50,381 nt of DNA from assembly GCA_016871815.1 (NCBI GenBank), contig VHBT01000005.1:1-50381 (forward strand), in the 5' to 3' direction. The stretch is from Candidatus Babelota bacterium. Lineage in GTDB: Bacteria > Babelota > Babeliae > Babelales > GCA-2401785. Position 1 is the first letter of the stretch. Each line of letters opens with the position of its first letter. The notes under the pieces were generated by a model, which searched no databases, was not told where the DNA came from, and saw nothing but the letters and a program-made list of their open reading frames with translations. Below, piece after piece: positions 1-8,576 of the stretch. The translations under genes and the position numbers were made by a program.

Positions 1-1041
1 GCCGATCGACCTCGACGCCCAGCAACAGATGCATCAACTGGCACCTCAGCTACTGAATTCTCAACACAACGATTTGTAGATGGCCGGACCGATATTTTTA
101 GCGACCAATCAGATTCATTTAGATCCGCGCGACGAACTGTAGCTCCTGCAGACGCTGCAGAAGAAGTAGTCCGCGATGGCATAACTGAAGGCTCAAAACC
201 CAAACCAGTCATTGCCCCTGTAGCACCCGAATCCCCAACAAGCACATCTGCGAGTAGTTCAGACGAAGATGCTTCACCACGTTGGTTATCACGTGGTTCA
301 ACTAATGATGATTTGCAAACAAGCGACAGAAGGCTTGCCTCAACTGTAGTGGATGATGAAGGCAGAACCCCACCGCCCGTACCAAGCGTAAGAACAACCC
401 CTCCCGTAAAAAACTCAGTACGATTAACTATTCCAGCACTCCCACGCGATCGAGAACGATTCGGATTTGCGCAAACTCAAATGAACGATTCTAATCTTCA
501 AAAAGACATAAGCGCAGGAAAACAATCTTTCCCCGCACCTTCATCAGAAAGAAAAGAGTCAAGACCTCCTCGCGTGCCATATCCTCTGGCGCCTGCTCTA
601 CCACCTCCGCCACCGCAACCAGCTCCGGTCAGAAGAACGCTCACAACACAAATGCAAGAAAAGGCCACATTGAACCCATTACGCAGAGGCCCAAGAAGAC
701 AAAAACTACAAGATGTTAGTTCGTACCCAGTCTTAAAGAGTTCTGACTCGATACAATTCAGTAATCCTATGCTTGGCGCAAGAGCAACACCAGTCGTTAC
801 TCCTGCAGCTGATGTAACTGCCGAAAAATCATCGTCCTTAAGTGTTCTTGAACGAGCTCGTCGATTTGGAAGAACCATAACCCCAAGAGCGCAAAAGTTA
901 GCAAAACCGAAAGTAGAAGTAACAACACCAAACCCACTTTTCAGCACAGAAGGGACTTCAGTCGAAAGAAAACATACTACTGGTTTAAACGCATATAAAT
1001 CAAAAAGAATACAGCCTGTAAGACGAGCCCCTCGGTCATAG
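1..1041 (+). CDS. Pro/Ser/Arg-rich low-complexity protein, 5'-truncated by the window edge
   Basis: I translated nt 1-312 in frame 1 and found no stop, so the track ORF 313..1041 is only the TTG-initiated tail of a longer ORF. Stop TAG at 1039-1041. Polyproline run ALPPPPPQPAP, several PxxP-type stretches, three NP[LM] motifs. Hairpin plus T-run follows. Confidence 0.6.
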   Translation, partial: ADRPRRPATDASTGTSATEFSTQRFVDGRTDIFSDQSDSFRSARRTVAPADAAEEVVRDGITEGSKPKPVIAPVAPESPTSTSASSSDEDASPRWLSRGSTNDDLQTSDRRLASTVVDDEGRTPPPVPSVRTTPPVKNSVRLTIPALPRDRERFGFAQTQMNDSNLQKDISAGKQSFPAPSSERKESRPPRVPYPLAPALPPPPPQPAPVRRTLTTQMQEKATLNPLRRGPRRQKLQDVSSYPVLKSSDSIQFSNPMLGARATPVVTPAADVTAEKSSSLSVLERARRFGRTITPRAQKLAKPKVEVTTPNPLFSTEGTSVERKHTTGLNAYKSKRIQPVRRAPRS

Positions 1042-1063
1042 TCGGATAGACTCTTTTCAAAAA

Positions 1064-1112
1064 AGCCTTTAGAGTAAAAAGATAAAAAACATTTATTCTA
1101 AAGGCTTTTTTT
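1064..1112 (+). terminator. Candidate intrinsic terminator
   Basis: AGCCTTTAG (1064-1072) pairs with CTAAAGGCT (1098-1106), followed by a T-run to 1112. The loop is long (25 nt), so confidence is moderate. Confidence 0.45.
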
Positions 1113-1949
1113 ATGAATTTACTACTTTTTTTTGATGTAATCGATTTTTTAAAACGAATTATCCAAGGGCCCCTGCTCTATCCGCTTTTTTATAGCGACC
1201 TTATTTCCATTTTTGCCATTTTTTCTTGCCCCGGCATTATTTCCAGCTACGATCATTCACTTCTAAAAATCCCTGCTATCTGTGCCGCAGTTTGTATTGC
1301 GCTCTTTGTGTATCAAATTTCTACTCAAACACTGGTAACTAATGGCATTTTTGAACAACCAACAGAAGAAATGCAAAAAGCTATCACGAAAGTAGTTAGC
1401 TCCGAAGGAATCACAAAATTTACGGTTACTCATGTGACCAATTTCAATAGTCCAGAACTTATTGTTGGACGTTTTCATGAACCGTTTGAAATCTATTTTT
1501 CGTCCCATTTTGAAACTCCAGAGCTTTTTGCACTAATCCCATTCTTCTTAAAAACAAACTTAAAAGTCATGCAAAAAACAATTTTCACAAGCCTTGTTCA
1601 TGCAATTTCTTTGTTTTTCCTTGTTGTTAGTTTTTTTGTTGGAAAAAGTTTTTTACTCACTCAAGCGTTGCACCCCGTTGCTTTTTGGACCTTGTACCTT
1701 TTGTTAGTTCAATGTTCTGTCATGACTCGACGCTTTGTAATCGCATTTTTTAACAAACAAGTTATTTTTTCAAGCGATATTGCAACCGCACGCGAAATAG
1801 GCGCTCAAGAAGCAATTACCGCTCTTGAAAACTTTAATCAAGCAACATCAAACGATCTTAATTTAAAACAATTTAAATCTTGGGAACTTTTTTCTCCCAA
1901 ATTTTCTGATCGCATTTCTCGTATCAAGCAGGCATTTAACATAAACTAA
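1113..1949 (+). CDS. Membrane protein, catalytically degenerate paralog of the downstream M48 peptidase
   Basis: 278 aa with several hydrophobic helices. Collinear with the next ORF (VYQISTQ/LYQLQTQ, ITK-T-VTN, C-terminal SDRISRIKQAF vs SDRIKAIEKI). The HExxH position reads FFLKT, and the ExxAD and THP positions are lost. Confidence 0.7.
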   Translation: MNLLLFFDVIDFLKRIIQGPLLYPLFYSDLISIFAIFSCPGIISSYDHSLLKIPAICAAVCIALFVYQISTQTLVTNGIFEQPTEEMQKAITKVVSSEGITKFTVTHVTNFNSPELIVGRFHEPFEIYFSSHFETPELFALIPFFLKTNLKVMQKTIFTSLVHAISLFFLVVSFFVGKSFLLTQALHPVAFWTLYLLLVQCSVMTRRFVIAFFNKQVIFSSDIATAREIGAQEAITALENFNQATSNDLNLKQFKSWELFSPKFSDRISRIKQAFNIN

Positions 1950-1950
1950 A

Positions 1951-2757
1951 ATGAACTTTTTTGAGAAACTCGGTCTTTTTATCATTGGACCATATTACCC
2001 CAAATTATTTAATTTTTATGGTGAATGGTTATGGATGTTTTTATTCTTCTTTCCGCTAGATCTTCAAACAATCCTCATTTTGGTTGCAATCCATGTTGCG
2101 CTTAACTTGTATCAACTGCAGACTCAAGAACCTATTTTAAACGCAACATTTGGGACCATGCCAGAAGAAATCATTTCTGCAATCACCGAAAAAGCCTCAC
2201 GTGATTGCATTACAAAACACACTTCATTGTATGTTACAAATTATCCGTCGATTAATGCTTTTTGCGCGAGAAACCTGAATAATTGCAAAATTATTATTTC
2301 ACACCATTGGTTTGAGTCTGATGAAAAAAAACAATATTTAAATGCTATCCTTGAACACGAATTTGGACATGCACGAGAGCACCACAATTTAAAAGCATTT
2401 ATAATAAATTCATTTCTTTTTACCGCAGGAATAACCTGTTGCTATCTTTCAACACTTTTTATCGAACCAACGCAAGATACAACTACCTATTTTTTGCTCT
2501 TTAATTTTATCATTTTTAGAATAACCACTTTTTTGCAAACATGGTACACGCAACACAACGAATACCAAGCTGATGCTCAAGCTCTTAGCCACATCTCCCC
2601 ACAGGAAATGATTTCTGCCCTTCTCTTTTTAAAAGCAAATTCTGCCTCAGAACAAATACGTGAAAACCAGCCCTCTTGGATAGGAACGCACCCTAAAATT
2701 TCCGATCGAATCAAAGCTATCGAAAAAATTTCACAAAAGAATACAGACATCTTATAA
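1951..2757 (+). CDS. Peptidase family M48 (HtpX/Ste24-type) zinc metalloprotease, membrane-bound
   Basis: HEFGH zinc motif at nt 2356-2370. Downstream NEYQADAQAL and GTHPKISDRI motifs and hydrophobic helices. Starts 1 nt after the stop of the upstream paralog. Confidence 0.8.
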   Translation: MNFFEKLGLFIIGPYYPKLFNFYGEWLWMFLFFFPLDLQTILILVAIHVALNLYQLQTQEPILNATFGTMPEEIISAITEKASRDCITKHTSLYVTNYPSINAFCARNLNNCKIIISHHWFESDEKKQYLNAILEHEFGHAREHHNLKAFIINSFLFTAGITCCYLSTLFIEPTQDTTTYFLLFNFIIFRITTFLQTWYTQHNEYQADAQALSHISPQEMISALLFLKANSASEQIRENQPSWIGTHPKISDRIKAIEKISQKNTDIL

Positions 2758-2805
2758 AAGTCGTGGTATAAACCTTCAAACACGATTTTTATATCCTTAA
2801 AATCT

Positions 2806-3429
2806 ATGCTAAATCTGTATCTTGCTTCATCCTCTCTCACTCGACAACAACTGTTAAAAGACGCTGACTTTTCATTCGAGCTGCTTTCGACCAATCTTCA
2901 ACACGAAGAACCGTTTAATCCAGAAAAAAGCCTTAAAGAAAATGTTTCAACCGCAGCCTTATTCAAAGCTGTTGCCACAGAATTGCCATCTCTTTTTAGC
3001 ACAGAAGAAAAAACAATTTTCGTTATTTCTGCAGACACATTAATTGCCGAACAACAAGGAAACATACTCAAAAAACCTAAAAATCTCGCCGAAGGCCACG
3101 AACAACTCAAAAAACTTCGCGCAGGACCTTGCGTTATCGGAACAGCATTTATTGTTCAAAAGTTCAAGCGATCTTCTCATACCTGGATTCTTGCGCAGCA
3201 AATACAAAAATACAACGAAAGCGTTGCCGAATTTTACGTCCCAGAAAATGAAGTGGATAGCTATTTCGAACAAATGCCATATTCTCTTCACGCCTGTGGA
3301 TCAGGAATCATCGAAGGATATGGTGCTCAATTTTTAAAATCTTTTTCAGGCTCATATTCGGGCGCGCTCGGACTGCCTGTCTTTGAAGTTAAAGAAACAT
3401 TAATTGAACTTGGATACATAAAAACCTAA
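2806..3429 (+). CDS. maf: Maf-like nucleoside triphosphate pyrophosphatase / septum formation protein
   Basis: 207 aa. N-terminal LYLASSSLTRQQLL matches the Maf ASxSPRRxxLL motif. ISADTLI, KPKNLAEGHEQLKKL and GAYGIQ-like GIIEGYGAQFL motifs lie in Maf order. Confidence 0.8.
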   Translation: MLNLYLASSSLTRQQLLKDADFSFELLSTNLQHEEPFNPEKSLKENVSTAALFKAVATELPSLFSTEEKTIFVISADTLIAEQQGNILKKPKNLAEGHEQLKKLRAGPCVIGTAFIVQKFKRSSHTWILAQQIQKYNESVAEFYVPENEVDSYFEQMPYSLHACGSGIIEGYGAQFLKSFSGSYSGALGLPVFEVKETLIELGYIKT

Positions 3430-3514
3430 AGTTATTTTTCACAAACTGTTCTGCGCGGCGCAAAAAGCAACTAGCATGATTTTGACAGCATGAATGATTC
3501 ATGAAGGTGTTTGC

Positions 3515-6268
3515 ATGTTTGTCTCTTTTCTATTCCTGTTTTTGAGCAGTATTTCATGGTGCGCAGCCGACTCATGGACGCATAACTATTCACGTGATTA
3601 TCTTTCTCCTGGCCATCGCATTATTTTGCAGCCGCCGCCGCAACCGCCATCGTTTTTTTCGAGTGGTCAGTTTTCAATTCAGACATATCAATCAAAGATC
3701 TATCACGAACCAATATTTTTTTACACACAGCCAACGGTTGTTCCCGCCCATCGCCAACTGAGCGCTCAGGAACGCGCAGAAAATGAAGATTGTGATCTTA
3801 AAAGTCAGTGCTCTCGTGCCGTTTGCAACATGCAAAGCTCAGTTCGCTCACAGGTTGCAAAAAACAGACTATTATTTCCCTTCAGTCCTGAGCACTGGAC
3901 GCACGATCCTGATAATTGGGATGGCGTTTCTCATATGCGTGAAATCAATTTTCATCCCTATGCAGTGTATCAACTAGACACCCAAAACATCTCGCCGTTA
4001 GCAGTAGCTCAAGATGTTGCCGCAAAACAATATACTGTTTTTCATCGCAAGCCATCACTGCGATTTATCGCCAATCAAAAAGCTGATTTTTGTGCCATTT
4101 TCGATCCGCAGGCAAACCGTGTGCTCTATGTCATCAAAGGATACGACACCTACTGTTCATACAATTTTGAAAACGAGCAAGCGTTTGAAGCTGAAAAATA
4201 TGCGATTATCGACCTGAAAAATCAGAATTTTTGCCGCGCAACATTTAATAGTTTTTCGCCGGAGATGCGTGACGATCTTGACGCAGAGTTGCAATCGTTG
4301 GATGCGTTACCAACAAGTTGGGACGAAGAAAAACTGCACGATGTTCTGTCTACTTCAACTCGCTTGAGCCCCTACACATATCCGCACGATTCGTTTCGCT
4401 ATTCCTGTCGGTCACGATATGTAATCGCAAAATATGGACTTAATCCCCGACATATTTCTGCGCTCATTGCAGAACGCATAACACAAAATTGCGCCATTCC
4501 ACTTGCAGGATCGAAAAATTTTTTGTGTGTCGATTTGTCAGAAGATTTTTTAGCAATTCTACTCCCAGCTGAACAAAAAATTATCACGATTTTCCCCTGC
4601 AGATCAAAATCTTTGCGCGATCCACCAACACACTCTCCCGATGATGTTAGGCCCATGCTGTACGCAACTCGCATTGTTTCGCATGAAGAACTGTTGCCTG
4701 CGCAAACAGAGACACCAGAAGTGTGTCTTGGAAAAACGTACCTGCATATTTCATTACATGATGAGAATTGTGCTGCGCACAAAGCAGTTGAATTTATTGA
4801 TCATACGCCGCAATCAACGAACCTAACACACCCGCAAATTTTGGCCTATGCACTGAAAGAGCGCTATTACTGCATGAAGATCAAGCAAGATATGAACTAT
4901 GCAAACGAGCTTGCCGAATGCCGACAAAAATTTAACAACATTCCCGACAAAATCAGACAACAAATTATTTGCCAGTCAGAATCGGCGGATCTTGCCAGCA
5001 CCGCTAAAGCGCTTGCCAATCTTTCGGGCGAGACCGATCGCTACGCCGCTTACTTTCGCGGTTATTTCTTTCTGCCGCAACCGATTTATCAGATGCTTGT
5101 GCTTCAATTAGCGCCCAGCTTAATTGTGAACCAAATTGCGGCTGCGGTTGCCGCCGGAAGCCTGGTTCCTCTCGTTGGAATCCCTGCCTTTTCGACTGTG
5201 GTGGTGCAAGTTAGGCTGCTTGCGATCGTCAACTTGACCACATCGATTGTGCATGGATTGTTAACTGTTGCGGATACTTTTTTGGGCTTAAGTCCAACAC
5301 CAACACACAATGATCCTGCAGAACTCTATAAATCGGTTACCATCCCGCAGGGAACTGACACCAGCATGTTTCGGCTTTCGCCACAAAAGGAGAAAAATAT
5401 TCCACTTTCCGGACCTGGACTCGGGCAAAGCGATTCAACCGTATCTTTACCCTCAAAAACTGGTTTTGGTGGCGCTGTCAGCAAATTTCCCGGTGCTGAT
5501 GAATTTTCAAAATATAATGCTCCAAACAGACATTCTGATACTTCAATAATCGATTTACCATCACCAAATAAGTCTAAATTTTTCGATAAAATCCTCCGCA
5601 AGCCACTTAATTTTCTTAAAAACAAACTATCTTCTCCTTTCATAAAAAAAGCTCTCATTCTCGGCGGAAGTACAATCGGCGGAACCATTGTCACAGCAAT
5701 AATCGACCACTATGCCACAAAGACCTATCACTATCTCAGGCCGATTGTTGATGACTTGCTGCACGGCACCAGCGAAGTTGGCATGTACTGCTCGCAAGTC
5801 AGCGGTTTTTCTCCCGATAACACAATCGCTTTTATCCGTGAAAACAGCCCCAACAAAGAAGAAATCATTTCGCAGGCCAAGAAATTAAAATCATTAATCT
5901 TAAACATCGATACGCGCAGCATCAATCGCGATATGACACCAATAAGTTTTGAAAATGTAGAACAAACGAGAGACAAACTTATGCATTTTATTAATGGATC
6001 ACATAAACTTGGGCATGACCATGGACTTGATAAAATTTTTCCAGGTAAAAACTGGGAACAAATAAAAGCCGTTGTCAGAGAAATTATCGAGGGAGGTAAA
6101 GATTGTCTGCCCAAAAATGGACATTCTGCAAAATATGCCTATATCAATAATATTCCTGTGTTAGTTAGATATATTGTTAATGATTTAAAGCAATATGAAA
6201 TTAGTGGCTTTTTTATTGCAAAAGCATCTCATATAACAAAATATTTCCCTTCGGGAGGAATAAAATAA
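3515..6268 (+). CDS. Large exported multi-TM protein of unknown function
   Basis: The long ORF is open from 3494. I prefer the ATG at 3515 because AAGGTG sits 5 nt upstream and it yields a classic signal peptide MFVSFLFLFLSSISWCAA. Hydrophobic block at about nt 5093-5290 (2-3 TM). Low-complexity S/P/G linker, a further TM at about 5651-5710, then a C-terminal globular part of about 135 aa containing HKLGHDHG. Confidence 0.75.
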   Translation: MFVSFLFLFLSSISWCAADSWTHNYSRDYLSPGHRIILQPPPQPPSFFSSGQFSIQTYQSKIYHEPIFFYTQPTVVPAHRQLSAQERAENEDCDLKSQCSRAVCNMQSSVRSQVAKNRLLFPFSPEHWTHDPDNWDGVSHMREINFHPYAVYQLDTQNISPLAVAQDVAAKQYTVFHRKPSLRFIANQKADFCAIFDPQANRVLYVIKGYDTYCSYNFENEQAFEAEKYAIIDLKNQNFCRATFNSFSPEMRDDLDAELQSLDALPTSWDEEKLHDVLSTSTRLSPYTYPHDSFRYSCRSRYVIAKYGLNPRHISALIAERITQNCAIPLAGSKNFLCVDLSEDFLAILLPAEQKIITIFPCRSKSLRDPPTHSPDDVRPMLYATRIVSHEELLPAQTETPEVCLGKTYLHISLHDENCAAHKAVEFIDHTPQSTNLTHPQILAYALKERYYCMKIKQDMNYANELAECRQKFNNIPDKIRQQIICQSESADLASTAKALANLSGETDRYAAYFRGYFFLPQPIYQMLVLQLAPSLIVNQIAAAVAAGSLVPLVGIPAFSTVVVQVRLLAIVNLTTSIVHGLLTVADTFLGLSPTPTHNDPAELYKSVTIPQGTDTSMFRLSPQKEKNIPLSGPGLGQSDSTVSLPSKTGFGGAVSKFPGADEFSKYNAPNRHSDTSIIDLPSPNKSKFFDKILRKPLNFLKNKLSSPFIKKALILGGSTIGGTIVTAIIDHYATKTYHYLRPIVDDLLHGTSEVGMYCSQVSGFSPDNTIAFIRENSPNKEEIISQAKKLKSLILNIDTRSINRDMTPISFENVEQTRDKLMHFINGSHKLGHDHGLDKIFPGKNWEQIKAVVREIIEGGKDCLPKNGHSAKYAYINNIPVLVRYIVNDLKQYEISGFFIAKASHITKYFPSGGIK

Positions 6269-7284
6269 TGGATATCAAACTTCTATGTCGATCATACATC
6301 GAAAAAGGCTTATTTAAAAAATATCTTGAGACATCTGCTATGTTGCCAAAAAATGATATTGGCTATAATGTCCCTTATTCGCTACCTTTTTACCTTAGAA
6401 ATAGCACCTCCTGCGCGCATGGACTTGTAAATTTCCTCAATTTTTTAGAAGAAACACCTGTTTCGCTTAAAAATTTACGCATGTCTCATGATATTTCATT
6501 TCCACACTTTCCCTACTCCTCGTCGGGAACATTTTATTATTTTTTGCGGGATGCAGAATTATTTCCTGATCAAGCAGCATCAATTGGAGGAGTCTTTGAA
6601 AATGATCCAGTTGCATGGATAGAGTTAACAAGCCAAGAACAATATGAATTTGCACAAGTAATACTTGAATATCAACCAGAAGAACTCTGTTCTACTCGTT
6701 TAATAGAATGGCTCAAGGACGAAGGGTTTAATAATCCCTCTACTTACGCACAACGCGCTGCAGAGCTGATATCAAAAGACAAAGCTGCAGCGTTCAAAGA
6801 ATTTGTTATGCACGGCCGCTTTATCGAATCGCAATTACTTTTTTGGCAATTTCCGGAAGAAAAAATGGCAGAGATTCTGCGCGAACTTGCACTTCAGGAG
6901 CAATGCATTACAACTTACGATTATGTTTGGTTTCTTATGAAAAAAAAGAGCGAAACCGCAGCTCGGCACCTGCTTCTTGCAGATCTTACAAAAAGTATCT
7001 TTGGGCGAACAGATATTCCCGAACCAAAAACCATGGAAGAGGTTGGCGATTTTATTAGCGCTCAAAAAGGCTGGCAGGAGCTCATGTTTTTCCACATTTC
7101 ACGCGCGGCAGAACTCGAGCCAGAAACTATTGAATTGCAAGAAAAACTCCTTAAAATGTATCCAGCGGTTCCAGAAAGCTTTGATGCGCAAGAAACAATT
7201 TTACTGGCGCAGCGTGTACTTGCTGCAAAACCAGAAAGTGTCGTTGCACATGACGTTTTAAATTCTCTTCAAAAAAACAGGTAA
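6268..7284 (+). CDS. Hypothetical cytoplasmic protein, translationally coupled to the upstream ORF
   Basis: The ATG overlaps the upstream stop (TAATG at 6266-6270). 338 aa with no signal peptide or TM segment. Ends at a strong bidirectional terminator. Confidence 0.7.
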   Translation: MDIKLLCRSYIEKGLFKKYLETSAMLPKNDIGYNVPYSLPFYLRNSTSCAHGLVNFLNFLEETPVSLKNLRMSHDISFPHFPYSSSGTFYYFLRDAELFPDQAASIGGVFENDPVAWIELTSQEQYEFAQVILEYQPEELCSTRLIEWLKDEGFNNPSTYAQRAAELISKDKAAAFKEFVMHGRFIESQLLFWQFPEEKMAEILRELALQEQCITTYDYVWFLMKKKSETAARHLLLADLTKSIFGRTDIPEPKTMEEVGDFISAQKGWQELMFFHISRAAELEPETIELQEKLLKMYPAVPESFDAQETILLAQRVLAAKPESVVAHDVLNSLQKNR

Positions 7285-7290
7285 AAAATT

Positions 7291-7326
7291 AAAAAAGGCC
7301 GTGACTAAAAAATCACGGCCCTTTTT
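7291..7326. terminator. Bidirectional intrinsic terminator between convergent genes
   Basis: GGCCGTGA (7297-7304) pairs with TCACGGCC (7313-7320). An A-run lies upstream and a T-run downstream, so it reads as a terminator on both strands. Confidence 0.75.
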
Positions 7327-7336
7327 GAAAAATTAT

Positions 7337-7801
7337 CTAGTTCAAAACATCTTCAGAGGGAACTGTCCAGTTCGAAAGAATGTTTTTATACAACTCATTT
7401 TTAAACATTGCTTCTCTTGCTGATTGGTTCAAATCCCCACCCAACATTTCCACTGCTTCTTCTGCTCGATTGACCGAATTCCAAAAACTATGGGGATCAA
7501 TAACATGCTGATCAACCTTTTTGATTGCATCACGAGTTTGGCTAGACAAGACCCCTTTTGGCTTATTAACCGGAACGCCTTCTGCTAAAATCGATTCAAC
7601 ATATTCAAAGAATTCTGATACTGTTTTTTCCATGGTATCTGATAGCTCTGCCGGTTTTGATGCTTGCAAATCATAAATTGCGTCAGCAACTCCACCGGAT
7701 AACGCTTTCTGAATTAACTCTCTCAGCGCATGTTTGTCTTTTTTTAACAACCACCCCATAAGACAGATTAACTCAAATGAAACTGATAGATTTGTACTCA
7801 T
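7337..7801 (-). CDS. Hypothetical protein (154 aa)
   Basis: Clean ORF with ATG start and stop adjacent to the bidirectional terminator. No recognisable motif. Confidence 0.6.
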   Translation of the reverse strand: MSTNLSVSFELICLMGWLLKKDKHALRELIQKALSGGVADAIYDLQASKPAELSDTMEKTVSEFFEYVESILAEGVPVNKPKGVLSSQTRDAIKKVDQHVIDPHSFWNSVNRAEEAVEMLGGDLNQSAREAMFKNELYKNILSNWTVPSEDVLN

Positions 7802-7871
7802 CGTATGGCTCCTTACTTGCTACTAGTTTGACGACTACTCAAAGTACGTCAAGGAAAAACCGCCCGATGCA

Positions 7872-7921
7872 TAAAAAACGTGGCTACTGCACTTTGTACA
7901 ATAACCACGTTATTTTTTTTT
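7872..7921 (-). terminator. Candidate intrinsic terminator for the 7987..8469 gene
   Basis: AACGTGG (7877-7883) pairs with CCACGTT (7905-7911), flanked by A- and T-runs. On the minus strand the stem is followed by a T-run. The loop is 21 nt. Confidence 0.45.
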
Positions 7922-7986
7922 TACAATCTCTCTGAGATGCACGTAAGAAATTTTTATTATTTTTTACGTTTTTTCCACTTTTTAGC

Positions 7987-8469
7987 TTACGCTACCGCTG
8001 GAATTTCGGTTGAACCTGAAACTTCAGGAGCCACAACGTCTTCAGTTTCTGCTTGAGCAACGGTAGATTCTTGTTCCATCATCGCATAGCCAAACATTTG
8101 CTGGGTCATAGCCATCATTTCTTCATACTCTTTTGGGTTGTTTTTTTGCATATCTTGAACCCATTTTTCAGCTTCTTCTGCAAGTTTTTTACCTTCATCG
8201 CTTGACAAAAAGGCTTCAAAAGCTGCTGGATCAAAATTTTCTGGATTCATTTCATTCATATCAAAATCATTCATTGAAAGCGCTGAGGTATCAATCGAAC
8301 CTTGTTCAAGAGCGGCCTGATCTTGAGCCTCTTCTTCTTGAGCCACATTCAACGCATCTACCGCATTTTCTTGTTGCGTTACCACATCTTCAACTTGCTC
8401 ATTTGCAACAACCGCAAAAGAAAGCGTTAACATCGATACAAGCAAACCTGATTTTAAGTTCTTAAACAT
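7987..8469 (-). CDS. Secreted acidic, Met-rich small protein
   Basis: Signal peptide MFKNLKSGLLVSMLTLSFAVVA. The mature part is rich in E/D/Q/M (EEMMAMTQQMFGYAMMEQE). Confidence 0.65.
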   Translation of the reverse strand: MFKNLKSGLLVSMLTLSFAVVANEQVEDVVTQQENAVDALNVAQEEEAQDQAALEQGSIDTSALSMNDFDMNEMNPENFDPAAFEAFLSSDEGKKLAEEAEKWVQDMQKNNPKEYEEMMAMTQQMFGYAMMEQESTVAQAETEDVVAPEVSGSTEIPAVA

Positions 8470-8576
8470 TCAACAACTCCTATCATTTTTCTACGAAAAA
8501 ACTTAGCAACACACTAAATTTCTTTGTTAAGCCCAGTAAACCAAAAAAATATACACTTGTAAAAAGCAGATCTCGA

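Noticed and set aside
498-947. 149-aa minus-strand ORF inside the proline-rich gene
   Set aside because: It is the antisense shadow of Pro/Ala/Arg codons (its GGGGGRAGARG stretch is the complement of the poly-Pro run). It has no independent start context and is fully nested in a longer ORF open from nt 1.
8133-8465. 110-aa plus-strand ORF opposite the acidic secreted protein gene
   Set aside because: It is the antisense shadow of a GAA/GAT-rich gene. The minus-strand ORF has a signal peptide and a terminator.
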